DNA from: Guillardia theta CCMP2712
Taxonomy: Eukaryota > Protista > Cryptophyta
Length of the DNA stretch: 64,000 bases
NCBI RefSeq assembly: GCF_000315625.1
Contig: NW_005434660.1
Span: 804,738-868,737, forward strand
Direction of reading: 5' to 3'
Position 1 is the stretch's first letter. Each line of letters opens with the position of its first letter. Shown one piece after another: positions 25,069-40,875 of this stretch. The notes under the pieces were generated by a model, which had not been told where the DNA came from, did not search any database, and saw only the letters and a list, made by a program, of their open reading frames with translations. The position numbers were made by a program, and so were the translations under genes.

Positions 25069-26894
25069 GGCTAATCTCTCTTTGTTTTTCTCTGCACCAT
25101 CCTAAGTCTTTCTTGCTTTTGCATGCTCGATCACGAGCTCTCGCTCGTTCTCGTGCTCCTTGCAGCTCCCGGCATCGTCCGATTTTACGGATCTCTTCGC
25201 CACGCCATTACGGGACAAGAAAGGGGGGGGGGGGGAGGAGCAGCTACGAAAGGTGGGGTGATCAGCCCATAACACAGGGGTAGTCTTGGGATTCGGGGTC
25301 CTCGGTGTCGGATGCCCTGGTAGGGGTACTTTTACGAAAAAGAGTGTTTACGCCAAATATGTGGTACGAACCTTGCTGGTGCAAGTTGTAAGATATCGAA
25401 AAGGAGTACTTTCACTATCTAAACTCAACTCTTCGCATTGAACTAAACCATTTAAAATATCCTTATATATATATATTGTTTTTATTGTCCCCTGGGAGGA
25501 CTACCCCTACCTTCATCCAAGCCACTCAAATGTGGCCAGCCGGTACTCGATTTGAGAAATTTGTGATGAATAAAACTGAACTATTTTAAAATATATAGAA
25601 ATATTTTCATTCTTTTCCCAAAACTTCAAGGGGCATTGGCCCCTGGTTCACCCAACAGCCGCGTCCCTTGACACGTCTATAGTCAATATATATTCAGTAT
25701 TTTAGTCAATACTGGATTAGATAGTTTAGCGATATAGTCAATTGGAAGCACTACCCCCCTGGGAAGTACAACTGTCATAGTCAATATCTGAGGAGTCAGT
25801 AAATAATAGAACGAAATGAATTGTTAACTAAACTTTGATATTGAGCTTATCAGTAACTAAAACTTGATGTACAAAAGTAGATCCAACCGATGTACCACTT
25901 TGAATTACCGTACTAACTTTTAGTTATAGCAACGCTTCAGTGAAACAGTAGTACCCGGCGACCAGCAGGCTGTTGGGGTGGTACTACATTGCCGGTCAGA
26001 CAGCACTGCAGCACCACCGTAGCCTACTGCAGTGCTGTCACTGCCAGTTCGATTTGAGTACGGCTGCTGTTGATGATGCTTTTATCACGAGGACGGCAGT
26101 AAAACAGCAGTAAAAAATTCATTGCCATGTCAATCTAATTAAGCCGTAGTGGCACACTGCTAATCAACTCCACTCAGTCAGTAGTAAGGCAAGCAAAAAT
26201 GTTCTTCGCTTACCCGAGATCTGGGGCTGCATTTAACGAAAACCTTCACTGAATTGATCTTCAAGAAGTCAGGGAAAGGATCTCTGAAAGGACTGGCAAA
26301 ACGGCGAAAGGTGCTATGGAGGATGACCCCTGGCGGCTGAGAGAGCCTCTTGTATGGGTGGTTTCCCTAAATCTTCAGTGGTGAGAAGAGGAGCAGAAGC
26401 TTGTGAGAGGCGAGAGCTCGCACAAGCCGAGTTCGCTTGTGGAGCAAGGAGCACTACCCCTAGTCCTTCCCTTAGCCTATATAAGGATCAGCTAGAAGGG
26501 CTGTTCTCGCATGTTGTACGTCACGCTTATCTAGCATACGTTGCTGGTAAACTAGATATCACAGCACTACTATCAGAGCTCTTCTGTAGACGTCTGCAAC
26601 CTGTAAGGCTTCGGGGGGTGAAAACTACACCTTTGTGTGTGCTCCAGTGGAGGTGCCTTGATGACAAGAAATAGATCCTGTTCCTCTCAAAAGTGTCCAA
26701 ATACCCCCCGAGCCTCACATGTCCAAGTACAAAACTTTTATGTGAAACTTTCTGCATGATGTTTTCGGACCAAGTATGCACTGTTGCATATTTATAGACT
26801 ATGAGATGTTTTCATAAAGACAACAGCAGTTCATCTCGTTATCTTGCTGAAAGCGTTTTGCAATTTAGAAGAAATCGATAACCTGGAGCGCATC

Positions 26895-27179
26895 TCACCA
26901 AACCTCAAGATACCGTGCCATCTCTGGTGTGACTTCGCCTCCTTTCGAATACTGGGTTGAGCGAGCCCTGCTGAGGTACTCGTTTTCCCAAAGCGCTCTC
27001 TCCTCAATCATGTCGGACTGGAAGAGCACAGTGGTGTCGGGGGCGTCGTAGTCGGAGGAGTCCCGGAGACCTTGAGCCCATGCGCGGAAGTCGATCTTGT
27101 TGGAGGAAGTCTTCTTGTCCTTGAGCATGTCCTCGTCTGCAGGGGAGGAGTCGGGGAACCAAAGGCCTGTCTCTTGCAT
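26895..27179 (-). CDS. 94-aa intronless orphan protein, paralog of 27975-28256
   Basis: Shares KDKKTSSNKIDFRAWAQGLRDSSDYDAPDTTVLFQ..EERALWENEYLSR..PEMARYLEVW* with the + copy. TATAAA lies on the minus strand at 27403-27408. Confidence 0.75.
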   Translation of the reverse strand: MQETGLWFPDSSPADEDMLKDKKTSSNKIDFRAWAQGLRDSSDYDAPDTTVLFQSDMIEERALWENEYLSRARSTQYSKGGEVTPEMARYLEVW

Positions 27180-27974
27180 GCTATCAACCGATTGGATGAA
27201 CGAGCGCTACAAGGTCAGAGTAGCTCTCAGTCCCGTGAGATGCGGGGGGGCTACGAACAGGGCAGTTAGAAGAGGCGGATGGGGCGTGCAAGAGGTCGGA
27301 TATCACGGGGATCACGATGCACAGGGAACTGAAAATCGTGGTCACGAGGGCAGCACGATCCGATTCCTTCGAGAGACGGATGGCGCTTCCGAGGGGACGT
27401 GGTTTATAAGTCTTTTTGCCAATAAGGGTCTTTTTGAGGTTTCTGGGTTTTAGAGCTGTGGTAAAGTGCAGTGACCATGCCAAGATCATGCGGATGGCCT
27501 CTTCATTCCTCTTAAAGTACCAAATTTTCCTTTTAGGTTTCCACGTAATTAACATGGGGTTTTATAAAATCCCCAGATCTTGGTACCATAACTGTATCAT
27601 TCTATGATCTGCCGGTACCGTTGGGAAGGTTTGTACCCAAATTTCTAAATCATTGTACCAAGTTTACCACATTGGAGCACACTAGCTTTTTCTATATTTG
27701 AAAAAGGCGGACCCGACCCTCATAACTACTACCCTCCCATGAAGCGAGCAATTGTACCCCCTGGATATTCACCACCCTGACACACTTCGTTACGATCTTT
27801 ATACACCCATCTTTTTATCTTCCAAAACACCGGTACAATGTGAGCACCCACCCCTCAAAAGAGTTGATAGGCTAGAAATGAGCCTACCCACCACCCCTGT
27901 TCCTGTAGTAAAACAAAAGGGCCAGTAGTATATAATAAACTTTGAGTTCCGGGCTTCCCACCACAACGCTCCCA

Positions 27975-28256
27975 ATGCACTGCCACAGTTGCCCGATGTC
28001 TGAGAACCAACACCCTGACATGATGAAGGACAAGAAGACTTCCTCTAACAAGATCGACTTCCGCGCATGGGCTCAAGGTCTCCGGGACTCCTCCGACTAC
28101 GACGCCCCCGACACCACTGTGCTCTTCCAAGCCGACATTATGGAGGAGAGAGCGCTTTGGGAGAACGAGTACCTTAGCAGGCCTCGCTCACCTATGCACA
28201 ACAACATCGAGGTCACTCCGAATCCAGAGATGGCACGATATCTTGAGGTTTGGTAG
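27975..28256 (+). CDS. 93-aa intronless orphan protein, paralog of 26895-27179
   Basis: Same conserved core and C-terminus as the - copy. TATATAA at 27929-27935 lies 40 nt upstream of the ATG. Confidence 0.75.
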   Translation: MHCHSCPMSENQHPDMMKDKKTSSNKIDFRAWAQGLRDSSDYDAPDTTVLFQADIMEERALWENEYLSRPRSPMHNNIEVTPNPEMARYLEVW

Positions 28257-30097
28257 GAAATAGCTGTGAACTATTTATTCTTTTGTACAGATGTAATAAA
28301 TTTGAATTGGACCTTACCTCGAATAGATTTATTTGTTACTTTCAGAGCTTGCAATTTGTATTTCCTAGCTACTGAATGAGATTGTTGGAAGATGGATCTT
28401 CCACCGTCATGTCGATGAACGGACGTTGGGTAAGTCCACTCCAATGTTGTTGGCAAGAGACATGCAGCAATCAAAAGCATGCAGGACAAAAATGCTAGTT
28501 GCCTGCTGTGCTCGCTGGATGTTTCCTGGGCTCTGTGCACGCTAGACAGGTGTTCAGCATCCATGTATGAAAGAGATCTCTCGGAGTTGACGCTGCAATT
28601 GCTATGGCAGGAAGCAAAAGAGTGCCTTGACCTGACTCGCAACTCGGCAAGGTTGAACAGATCTGCTGAGGGGCACTGAAATGATTCCAAATTTTTGAGG
28701 ACTGACAAACACATCAAGTCACAAGCTCTGTCACAGGGCCAGCAACTCATCGAGGCTCACTCAGCACTGCACGGTCACAGCCATCAATTATTACCATGCG
28801 AGGCGAGTCGCCGGTGTTGGCGGTGACACCGCCGACCGGCCTGACTCTACTTCAACTCGGAGCTTCACCGTTAACCTGACTGGGAATCAGTAACTCACAG
28901 GGGCCGCGTAACAACAGCACTGCGCGGCGGCAGCCTGCCAGCCTCCGAGGCTACAGTCATCACTGACCGGGCGTATAGGACAGCAGTCACTGAGTCGCCG
29001 ATTGGGTTTGGTTCTCCCTGTCTTTGCTCTTCTCGCCGTTTGGCCTGTGCGACAGTGTCAGGGTCACGCCTCCTCGTCTCTCCTGATTGTCCTCGTTATG
29101 AGTTTTAACTTACTTGGACGGTCACGTTGAAAGCATGATTAATTGCTACATCAGGTCGTGTAACTTAGGCTTATAAAACTTGAAAGTTTTAGCATCTTTA
29201 AGTCGCTCAGTCCTCTGAGTCCGATCTACTGCTGCGCGGCCAGCCTGAGCCCCCTGAGCCCCCGGTTTGTGACCCGTGACTCTCAACCGGGTCGGACAGT
29301 TGACTCAGTGACTCGGACTCCGCCGGCCCGGCCCGCGTTTCAAGTTTAACCGTGGAGGATGATATTGCCAACTTGCTAGTTGAGTATCACGAGTACGGTG
29401 GTGGCAAATCAGTCCGCGGTCGGCGACTCTGAGCTAACCGTTGAACCGTTGGGCCGTGACTGCCACCTCGGAGTGCCTCAAGTTACTAAGAGTGACAGCC
29501 TTGACTCGAACATACTTGACTCAGTGAACTTAAGCGGGCCCGGGCCGATCGGCACTTTGCGGCCCGGGACCCCGGCAGGCAAGTTGCCCCGGGCCGCGGC
29601 GCGGGACCCGGCCCAGTCCAGTAAACTTGCCAGGAAAGGCCCGGCATTTACCGGCCCGGGGACAGTCACTAGTGTCAGTGCCACGAATTTGCCTTTGTTG
29701 GTGTTTGCTGAGGTCAGAGAAAGCGCGGGAAATAGAGCATGCGCTTAGGGGGGGAGGGGAGGGAGCAAGGAGGGAGGGGGGAGAGGGGAGAGGGAAAGGA
29801 GAGAGGGACCAACACCGAGATGTATGCAGAGATTGAGACCAGAGCAATGTCGACGAGGGAGGAATAAGTGAGAGAGCATATAAGATGGCAAGGGTCATGG
29901 AAGGTTCGACAGCGCTTGAGATTTGAGAGCCGAAAACATGGCAGCGAGAAGTAGAGGAGAGATGATTCTCATCAGTCCAGATGCATGGCAAGTGTGTTCT
30001 TGTCCAAAATGACGGTATTGAATGTGAACAGGACGGAGAGCAGGCAAAATGTCAAGCACAAAGATTTTTGGTTGAGAGGAAAAGACCGGTCTCTACG

Positions 30098-33000
30098 ATG
30101 CCTATTCGGAGATCCAACCGGAACAAAGGCGATGTCGCTCACTACAGTGATGCTGAGCTGGACGATGAGCGCCAGAGGAGAAGAACGCGCCGAGGTCTGA
30201 ATGATCAGGCGGAGAAGGATAAGGAACAAGAAGGGTCGGGCGCCGACGCCATGGCCGTGGATACAGGGAGTCCTGATCAGACAGCAAGCGAGCAGCTTCC
30301 TTCTCGAGCTACAAAAGTGTCGGTGAAGCAGTCAAAGAACGAGTCTGCTGGGAGTATGGAAGGTCAACGCAAGTGTGACATGTGCGTCCAACAGGACTTC
30401 GCTGTGTGCCGCTGTAAAATATGCGACGTCTTCATGTGCGATGAATGTGGGAAGTTTCACTCCAGGAACAAGTTGACGTACCTGCACCCCACGGAGACGA
30501 TGGAAGAATTGAAGCGAGAGCGTGCAAGAGCATCGAAAGGATCCTCCGAGAATGAAGCTGAAGACAGTGAGGATGTCGTGATAATGGATGATGACAGCAA
30601 TGTGTTGGACGAGACATGTAAGATTGATGCTGCAACTTCAAGGACTGCGATCTCCAACAAAGAAGATGGGAAAGAAAACCAAACACAGCCCTGTGATGTC
30701 TCTGCATCAGGCGATGATCAAACATCGAAAGTGAATCCAAACAGTGCCAAACCGGCTGACGCAATCGATGAATGTTCAAGCAAACAGCAACAAGCAAACG
30801 CAGCCTCGTCATCTGGTGACGATTACTACCATGACACTGAAGATGATGACTTAGATTTGCAACGAAATGAAAGAAAAAGTACTAGAGGGAAAACTTTGCA
30901 AAAGAAAGGCCAGAAAAAGTCGATGTCTGAAAGAAACCAGCAAAACAAGAAGAAAACGGACTCTGAACGATCGAACAGTTCCAAAGTCTGCTTCAAATGT
31001 AAAATCAAGAATGATGCGGAATTGCTCGTTTGCAAAGGGTGTGATAAAGTTTGGCACAGGACATGTGCCAAAGTAGAAGAAACAAAGACATTGTCAGACA
31101 GTTGGCGATGTGAGAAGTGCAAACCAGGTAAGAATGGGACAAACAAGATGCGGCGCGCCGTTGTCGAGTCAGAGAGTGAATCTTCGGCAAATGAGGAGTC
31201 CATTGGTTCGTCAGACTCTTGGAGTGATGCTGAAAGCACAATGATGGTCGCGGAAAAAGAGCTCTCCACGACAAGTGGAAGGGTCACGAGGTCAGAAGCC
31301 CGAAAACTTGGGGTTGGGGCCAACAACAAGGCAAAAGATCAAAGTCAGGGGAAGCAGGTGCAGAAGAAAGTGCAGAGAAGAGCATCAATGACTTCGTCAA
31401 GCTCTGATGAAGAGTCTGAGGTCCGATCCTGGATGCTCCATCCCCATTATAACCTTCCCGTGACATGTTTTCAGCAGGAGGATTCTTCAGATTCAAAGCA
31501 AAACAAAGAGGAAAATTCTCGGCCCATCAAGAGGAGGAGATTACGAAAGCCACACCAGCTCAGGTAAGAGTGCTCCTCCCCTCTCCATGTACCCTCCCTC
31601 GCTCTCCTCTCTTAGTCATTCCTTGATCTCTTGCCCCCTTGCCAATACAGCCTGACTCTCTGCCCAGCACCGATATGATTCGAGCGGCTGAAGAAGGTCA
31701 GAAAGCCGATCAAATGCGCAAAGAGATGAGAGAAGAATCTGCTGAGAATGTTGGAGCTCCTCTCGTGCTCAAGGCATGCAGGGAAGGGGAGGAAGACGTC
31801 GCACTTCCTTCTTGTCTATACGAAGAGTTGCAGGCGCATCAGAGGGTCGGGGTGCGATTCATGTGGGAGACGACGATGAGGGAAGGGAAGGGTTGCATCC
31901 TTGCTCACTGTATGGGGCTCGGCAAAACGTTGCAGGTCATATGTGTCCTTTATGCGGCTCTGGTGTCTAAATCAGAAGAGGGCAAGAAAAAGACGATCTT
32001 GATTCTAACGCCAGTCAACACCTTGAGAAACTGGGAGGCGGAGTTCAGGAAATGGATCCTTCCAAGCATGTCTTTGCCGGTACGCGTGTTGATGGATGCT
32101 GGATGTCAGAACAAGGCTAGGCTGGCTTACATAGAAGAGTGGATGGAAGAAGGAGGAGTGATGCTGATAGGGTACGAACAATTTCGAAATCTAGCTCTTG
32201 GGAAGAACGTCAGAGGGAAGGGAAGCGTGAAATTGAAACAGCGACTTGCGGAATGCTTGGTAAGTGTCCTGCTTTTTTGACACTCAATTTCCCTTTTTCC
32301 TGATTCGTTTCCTCTCGGTCTACCTTGGACATTCTAGCTTAAGCCGGGGCCTTGGGCTGTCGTTTGCGACGAGGGCCACGTGCTACGGAATGAAGATTCA
32401 GGCCTCTCGTCGACTGTGCGAGATATTAGCACACTGAGACGGATTGTGTTGACTGGCACACCACTGCAGAACAACTTGAGAGAGTACCACTGCATGGTTG
32501 ACTTTGTACGCCCTGGACTGCTGGGAGAGTCAAACGCCTTCAAGCGAGATTTTGTCAACCCAATTCTCCACGGACAGTGTATAGATGCGCAACCAGACGA
32601 GGTGAAGCTGATGAAGAAACGATCCCACATCCTTCACAGCCTCCTCAAGTGTTGTGTGGACCGAGCGGACTTTAAGGTGAGTTTCACAGTCCGGTGCTGC
32701 TCTGATTCCTAGCAATTGACGGTAGATTGCAGGTCCTTGCTCCGTTCCTCAGCAAGAAGTACGAATTCGTTATCGCAATCAGACTTTCAAAACTCCAATC
32801 TGATCTGTATCAGAAGTACTTGTCGGACGTGCTTTCTATGGAAAGTCCGGAAACAGGAGGGTTGTCATCAAAAGTCCGTCTATTCGAAGCCTACCATAGG
32901 TTGCGATTATTTTTTCGATGCGCCTCTTAACTAGAATCCAGCCTATCCAAAGTTTGGACCAACCCCAAGGTGCTTGAGATGGAGAAGAAGGCGGAGGAAG

Positions 33001-34812
33001 ATGATTATGATTCCATGGAGGATTTTATTGTTTGGTCGGATGAGGAGAGGTTAGTTTTTGTCTATGAATGTCCACGTCTTGAATTCTAAAGTTGGATGGG
33101 ACAGCGCCAGCAGCAGCAGCACTGAAAGTAGCAGTGGTGGCAAGCCGAAGAAAAGATCGAAATCGAAGAGATCAAGATCGTCTCTTTCAGATGAAGGTAG
33201 CTCGAATGACTGTTGATTATCATTCTTCTCAGAGCAACTCATCCCAGATCCTGTAAAAAGCTCAAGTTCAAAGGAAGATAGGAACAAACTGTGGTGGGAC
33301 GATTTCAGGTGAAAGACAAATCTTCCATCCACTGCTGAATCTCTGTCTGCAGAGAATCAGTTGAACAGATCGAACCTGAGGCAACGGGCAAGTTCTTGTT
33401 CCTCAAGCTCCTCCTGAATGAAACCTGCGAGATGGGAGACAAGGTCAAGACCTTCTTGAATCTCAAGGGACTGAAAGTGACTCGATCGCCAGGTCTTAGT
33501 GTTCTCTCAGAGCTTGGGGGTCTTGGATCTCATCGAAGAGATGCTTAAGATGGCTGGCGAAAGGGGAGAGGGGCTCAAGAATTCTAAGGGAGTGTACAGA
33601 CCATGGCGGAAGGGAAGGGACTACTATCGCCTTGACGGATCTGTTGGGGGGAACAAGAGACAGAGCGACATTGAGAACTTCAATGCGACCAAGAAGGCAA
33701 GGCTGTTTCTCATCTCTACCCGTGCAGGAAGCCTAGGAATCAACCTCTTCTCCGCCAATCGGATCGTCCTGATGGACGCGTCGTGGAACCCCAGCTTCGA
33801 CACGCAAGCGATCTTTCGCTCCTACAGGCTCGGACAGGAGAAAGAGGTCTACGTATACAGACTGCTAGCGCATGGTACCATGGAGCAAAAGATTTACGGG
33901 CGTCAGATCACCAAACAAGCCCTGGCATCCCGCGTCGTTGACTCGGAGGAAACAGGGAGGCTCTTCACTGACAATGAGCTGAAGGCCTTGCTGGAGTTCA
34001 AGCCAGGTCCTGTTGCCGACTCGTTTGACTCACTCGACACGGCGACCAACACGCCGAAGCAGGAAGCGCCGGCCAAGGAGGACAAGGAAGACAAGGAGGC
34101 AGGCCGGGGGTAGAAGACCTCGACGAGAACTCACCGAAGCAACGGAAGAAGCTCTTCGATATGAGCAGTCTGCCTCCTGAGGATGTGGTCCTCGCTCGCA
34201 TTATGACTGAGATCTCGCCCAAGTGGATGGTGGGCTACCATGAGGCAGACTCGTTGGTGGAGCGAGACACTGAGCTCTCCAAGGAGGAGATCGAGGAGGC
34301 GTGGGAGGAGTGGTCAAACCGGGAGAAGCGAGCGAGGGAGGAGGCGGAGAGGATCCAACGAGCCAACGACGAGGCAGCACGAGCAAGGCGGTTCCAGTTC
34401 GAGCTCCAGCGGAAGATTGCGGAGTCTCAGCGGCTGCTCCAGCAGAATCAGCTGCAGTCCGGGATGATCTTCAACTCTCAGATGCCCCCCCGGCAGCAGC
34501 ACTTCCTCAATTCCGTCCCTTCTCGCCCACCACCAGTGGAGATGGTGACGTCACTGTACATCGTTCCTCCCAGAGAGCAGTGGATACTCGAGCACAACGG
34601 GGTCAAAGGGCCTTTCATCGCGATCCTCCCGCAAGGCTACGAGAGGACGAGGATTGTTCGCATTGACGAGAAGCTGAGAGTCGGGGACAAGTTCTCAGTT
34701 ACCATGCCCTCCCGTGAGTTGTGACGGGGGGCGCGAGTACTGAGATGGGGCAGGTGATGCAGCGAGAGGAGAGGAGGGAGAGGAGGAGATGGTGGTATGG
34801 TGTTGTATGTAG
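30098..34812 (+). CDS. ATRX: ATRX/ARIP4-subfamily SNF2 helicase with N-terminal B-box-like and PHD zinc fingers, multi-exon
   Basis: Motifs: GCILAHCMGLGKTLQV, PVNTLRNWEAEFRKW, VVCDEGHVLRN, RRIVLTGTPLQNNLREYHCMVDFVRPGLLG, FVNPILHGQC, MKKRSHILH, RLFLISTRAGSLGINLFSANR, DASWNPSFDTQAIFRSYRLGQ, GTMEQKIYGRQITKQALASRVVD and VGYHEADSL..EAWEE. The last exon is inferred. Confidence 0.88.
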
Positions 34813-34943
34813 ATTGAATCCCCACTTATCTCAACGATTGTTAACTTCTCTTTCCCAACTCCACTCCTCCCTTGTCCTCCTCCTCCTCCTCCTCATCATC
34901 ATCATCATCATCATCATCGCCTTCGTCATCATAATTTCTTTCC

Positions 34944-38064
<3,121 letters not shown>

Positions 38065-38792
38065 GCTTACAAAACATGGAGCAACAGATGGAAAAAATCG
38101 CAGATTGAAAACATCGCGCAAGAACGCTTTCTTACTCCTCTTGGATTGTATTGCACATCAAGTGCCTCATTCCTTTCCTTACATGTTCCTCTCTCTAACC
38201 TGACCTCCTGGCTCTCAATTAACACCATGTTGCATCGACATCAATCAACATCGATCCTTTCCCATGCCAAGTCAAATATGCTAAGTTCGTCATAAAAAAT
38301 GCGTGCAGACTTCTTCCTGCTCTCGTTCTTCTCATGGGTATGATCTTTGTCATCACCCCTCTATCCTTATCTCGATCAACGTCTTCATCATTATCTCCAT
38401 TTTCCACATCGATATCGGCATTATCATCATCATCAACACTTACATGATCAACATAATCAATATCCTCCCCTCCCCTCCTCCTCCTCCTCCACCACCACCA
38501 CCACCGGGCCACCTCATCGGCTTTAGCGCTCCTATTGCATGCACCTGGCACCTGGCCCTCTCGTGAACAACAACCTTGTCAACCGCATCTTCAAAAAATA
38601 TAGTTACGGCCCGCTTCAATACAAACTGAAACAGGCGCCTGGCCGCGCAAGGCATGACGGCGGTACATGCTTCTACCTCATTAAGCGGGGAACATCCGCC
38701 CCTTCTGATCTGCGACGTCACGACGGACGGATAGCATCCCGACTACGGCGTTTGTGACTATATAGTGAATTCGCACACGACCCTACGAGAAC

Positions 38793-38892
38793 NNNNNNNN
38801 NNNNNNNNNNNNNNNNNNNNNNNNNNNNNNNNNNNNNNNNNNNNNNNNNNNNNNNNNNNNNNNNNNNNNNNNNNNNNNNNNNNNNNNNNNNN
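38793..38892. other. Assembly gap (others at 44096-44979, 45974-46094, 52460-52833)
   Basis: Runs of N. Confidence 1.
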
Positions 38893-39251
38893 GATGATAA
38901 GTCATCATATGGGTCAACTCAGTTCACCGTCCATCCGGTCCGGTCACTGCCGGTGCGGCCGGGCACTGACTACTATGAGTCGCCTCCCCACCCCCCCGCC
39001 GGCTTCACTGAGGTCATCGGTGATCCAAGTTCCGAAGTTCCCACTCGGCTCAGCTGGAACTCAGTGCCAGCCAGTGGGCCGACACTGAGGGGCGATGGAC
39101 TGGCAACAGCTACTAGGGTCGAGTCAACTTTATTAGATTCAAATGCACACTCTGAAAAATGTAGTGTCCATGCTTCAAGAAGGAGCACGAGAACAGATCG
39201 GACTGGGACAGACACAACCAAAACTAAACTTGAACCAAATTAGTTAAAAAG

Positions 39252-39656
39252 TTATCTAGAGTCATTAGGGTAGAGCGTAGCATGAAGACTGTCCAACATC
39301 TCCCACGTCTTCGCCTTGTCCTGAGGGGATGTGCTGTTCTCTGGGCATATGGCACCATGAAGACGATCCAGCATATTCCAGCAACACTCGTGGTCGATCA
39401 CGTACGAAGAAACCGAGCTGGCTTCTTCCAGCACCAACTTGTTCGCGGGCACATTGGCCACTCCCAACCCAGCTTGAGAGTAGGTATCACCGAAACCTTG
39501 TGCCGAGGTAGTCCAAGAGCCTTTCACGTTGGACTTTGCGCTGTTGGTTGAATTGGAGTGGAAGAAAATTGATTGGAGGTCGAGGAGCGCGTCCTCATTC
39601 TTCCAGTTCTGGTTTGCGACAGAGAGGGCTGAAGAAACGTCGTCACTGAAGTACAT
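39252..39656 (-). CDS. 134-aa intronless orphan protein with a duplicated C-terminal WxMLDxLHxxxxP motif
   Basis: Clean ORF containing WNMLDRLHGAICPENS and WEMLDSLHATLYPNDS. TATAAAA on the minus strand at 39954-39960 is followed by a C-rich leader. Confidence 0.65.
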   Translation of the reverse strand: MYFSDDVSSALSVANQNWKNEDALLDLQSIFFHSNSTNSAKSNVKGSWTTSAQGFGDTYSQAGLGVANVPANKLVLEEASSVSSYVIDHECCWNMLDRLHGAICPENSTSPQDKAKTWEMLDSLHATLYPNDSR

Positions 39657-40875
39657 CTTAAAACCAGGGATCCAAGATGCGATTATGCAGGTGTTATTGG
39701 ACCAGGGAAAACTGTGTGAGCAATCAAAAATATGGAGTCTTCACCAACAGCTTCTTGTGGTTGTGAACGACCGACTGTGCTATGTTGCTTCTTTTGACGC
39801 TGAGGGTTGAGAGGAAGGATAGGAGGCAGGAGGAGGTCCAGAAAGTTCAGAAACAGGGATGGGAGGAGGATGCCGGATAGTTCTGGGTCAACAAGGAAGC
39901 AGCGAGGACGATGGCGCGGCAAAGGTTTGTGGAGGTTGGCGGGATGCAGTCCTTTTTATAAAGCGCCGGTACGGGTGGTGATGCTAAAATTGGACAAGGA
40001 GGGGAACTTTTATAGTATGAAAAGGGGGTGGTATCAAGCTTTTAAAACTAGACGCCAGCAATGAATAGGTGGGTGCGTTGCTTGTTGACCTTCAGATGTG
40101 GAGGGGTGGTCAACAGGCTGGGCTCATCCCTACTACCCCTACCACCCTCACTACCCCTAATTGAAAAGAGGGGTGCAAGTCGTTAGATGTCACTATCTCA
40201 CTACCCCCTACTTGGTGGGGTCCACGTAGAGGTCAGATACACAAGTGTAAGGGTTGATCAAATTTATATAGTTTTAGAATTTTCAAAATATCTACTTTCA
40301 TGGATATATAAAATATTGTTTTAAATAAGAGAGTCGTAGAAGCTTTGCTGTATTTTGTATCTTTCGGCGGAAAGGGTCAACCGCAAAATTTACAGATTTC
40401 AAGTCATCTATGAATATTACACGTAAAATTAGAAACTTGAATGACACATATCTCAACCCTTCTTTAAATTTTATTGCTAGGTTCAAAAACTGATTTCAAA
40501 CAGTCGGTTGGACCACCAAAATAAGCAATGGCTTTTCGGAGATCCCTCAAACTCCGTGGCTCTTCGTTACCGCGGGGGGTTCATGAATCTTCACGAGTAC
40601 CCCTCAAGTCTGTGTACCCCCGATTTCCCTCCTTTACCCTCTCAGAATGATGTGAACGCACCTGCCACGCTGTACTGGTACAAATTTCCGTTACAAACTT
40701 GAGGTTGAATTGTAACCGCCGACCAAGCTGATGAGTGAAAGGAAGAGTTGGGCGGTACTGTACGGGGCAGCTCAAAATCTGACTATATCTTTGACACAAA
40801 GTTTTGCTGCCCTGGTATATCCAATAATACTCTGAGGCAATATTTGCAGACCGGTTTCCCGCGCTGGCCCTTGTG

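Noticed and set aside
26316-26760. Possible small spliced gene (also 3060-3760 and ORF 28271-28750)
   Set aside because: I could not build a consistent exon chain or recognise any motif.
34007-34115. Apparent frameshift/stop inside the ATRX-like gene
   Set aside because: Resolved either by a 56-nt GT-AG intron (34007-34062) that restores the frame or by a one-base sequencing error; no evidence for recoding.
38700-38792. Possible vector/phage-promoter-like sequence (gactatatagtgaattc) before the gap
   Set aside because: Not an exact T7/SP6 match; likely a low-quality contig end.
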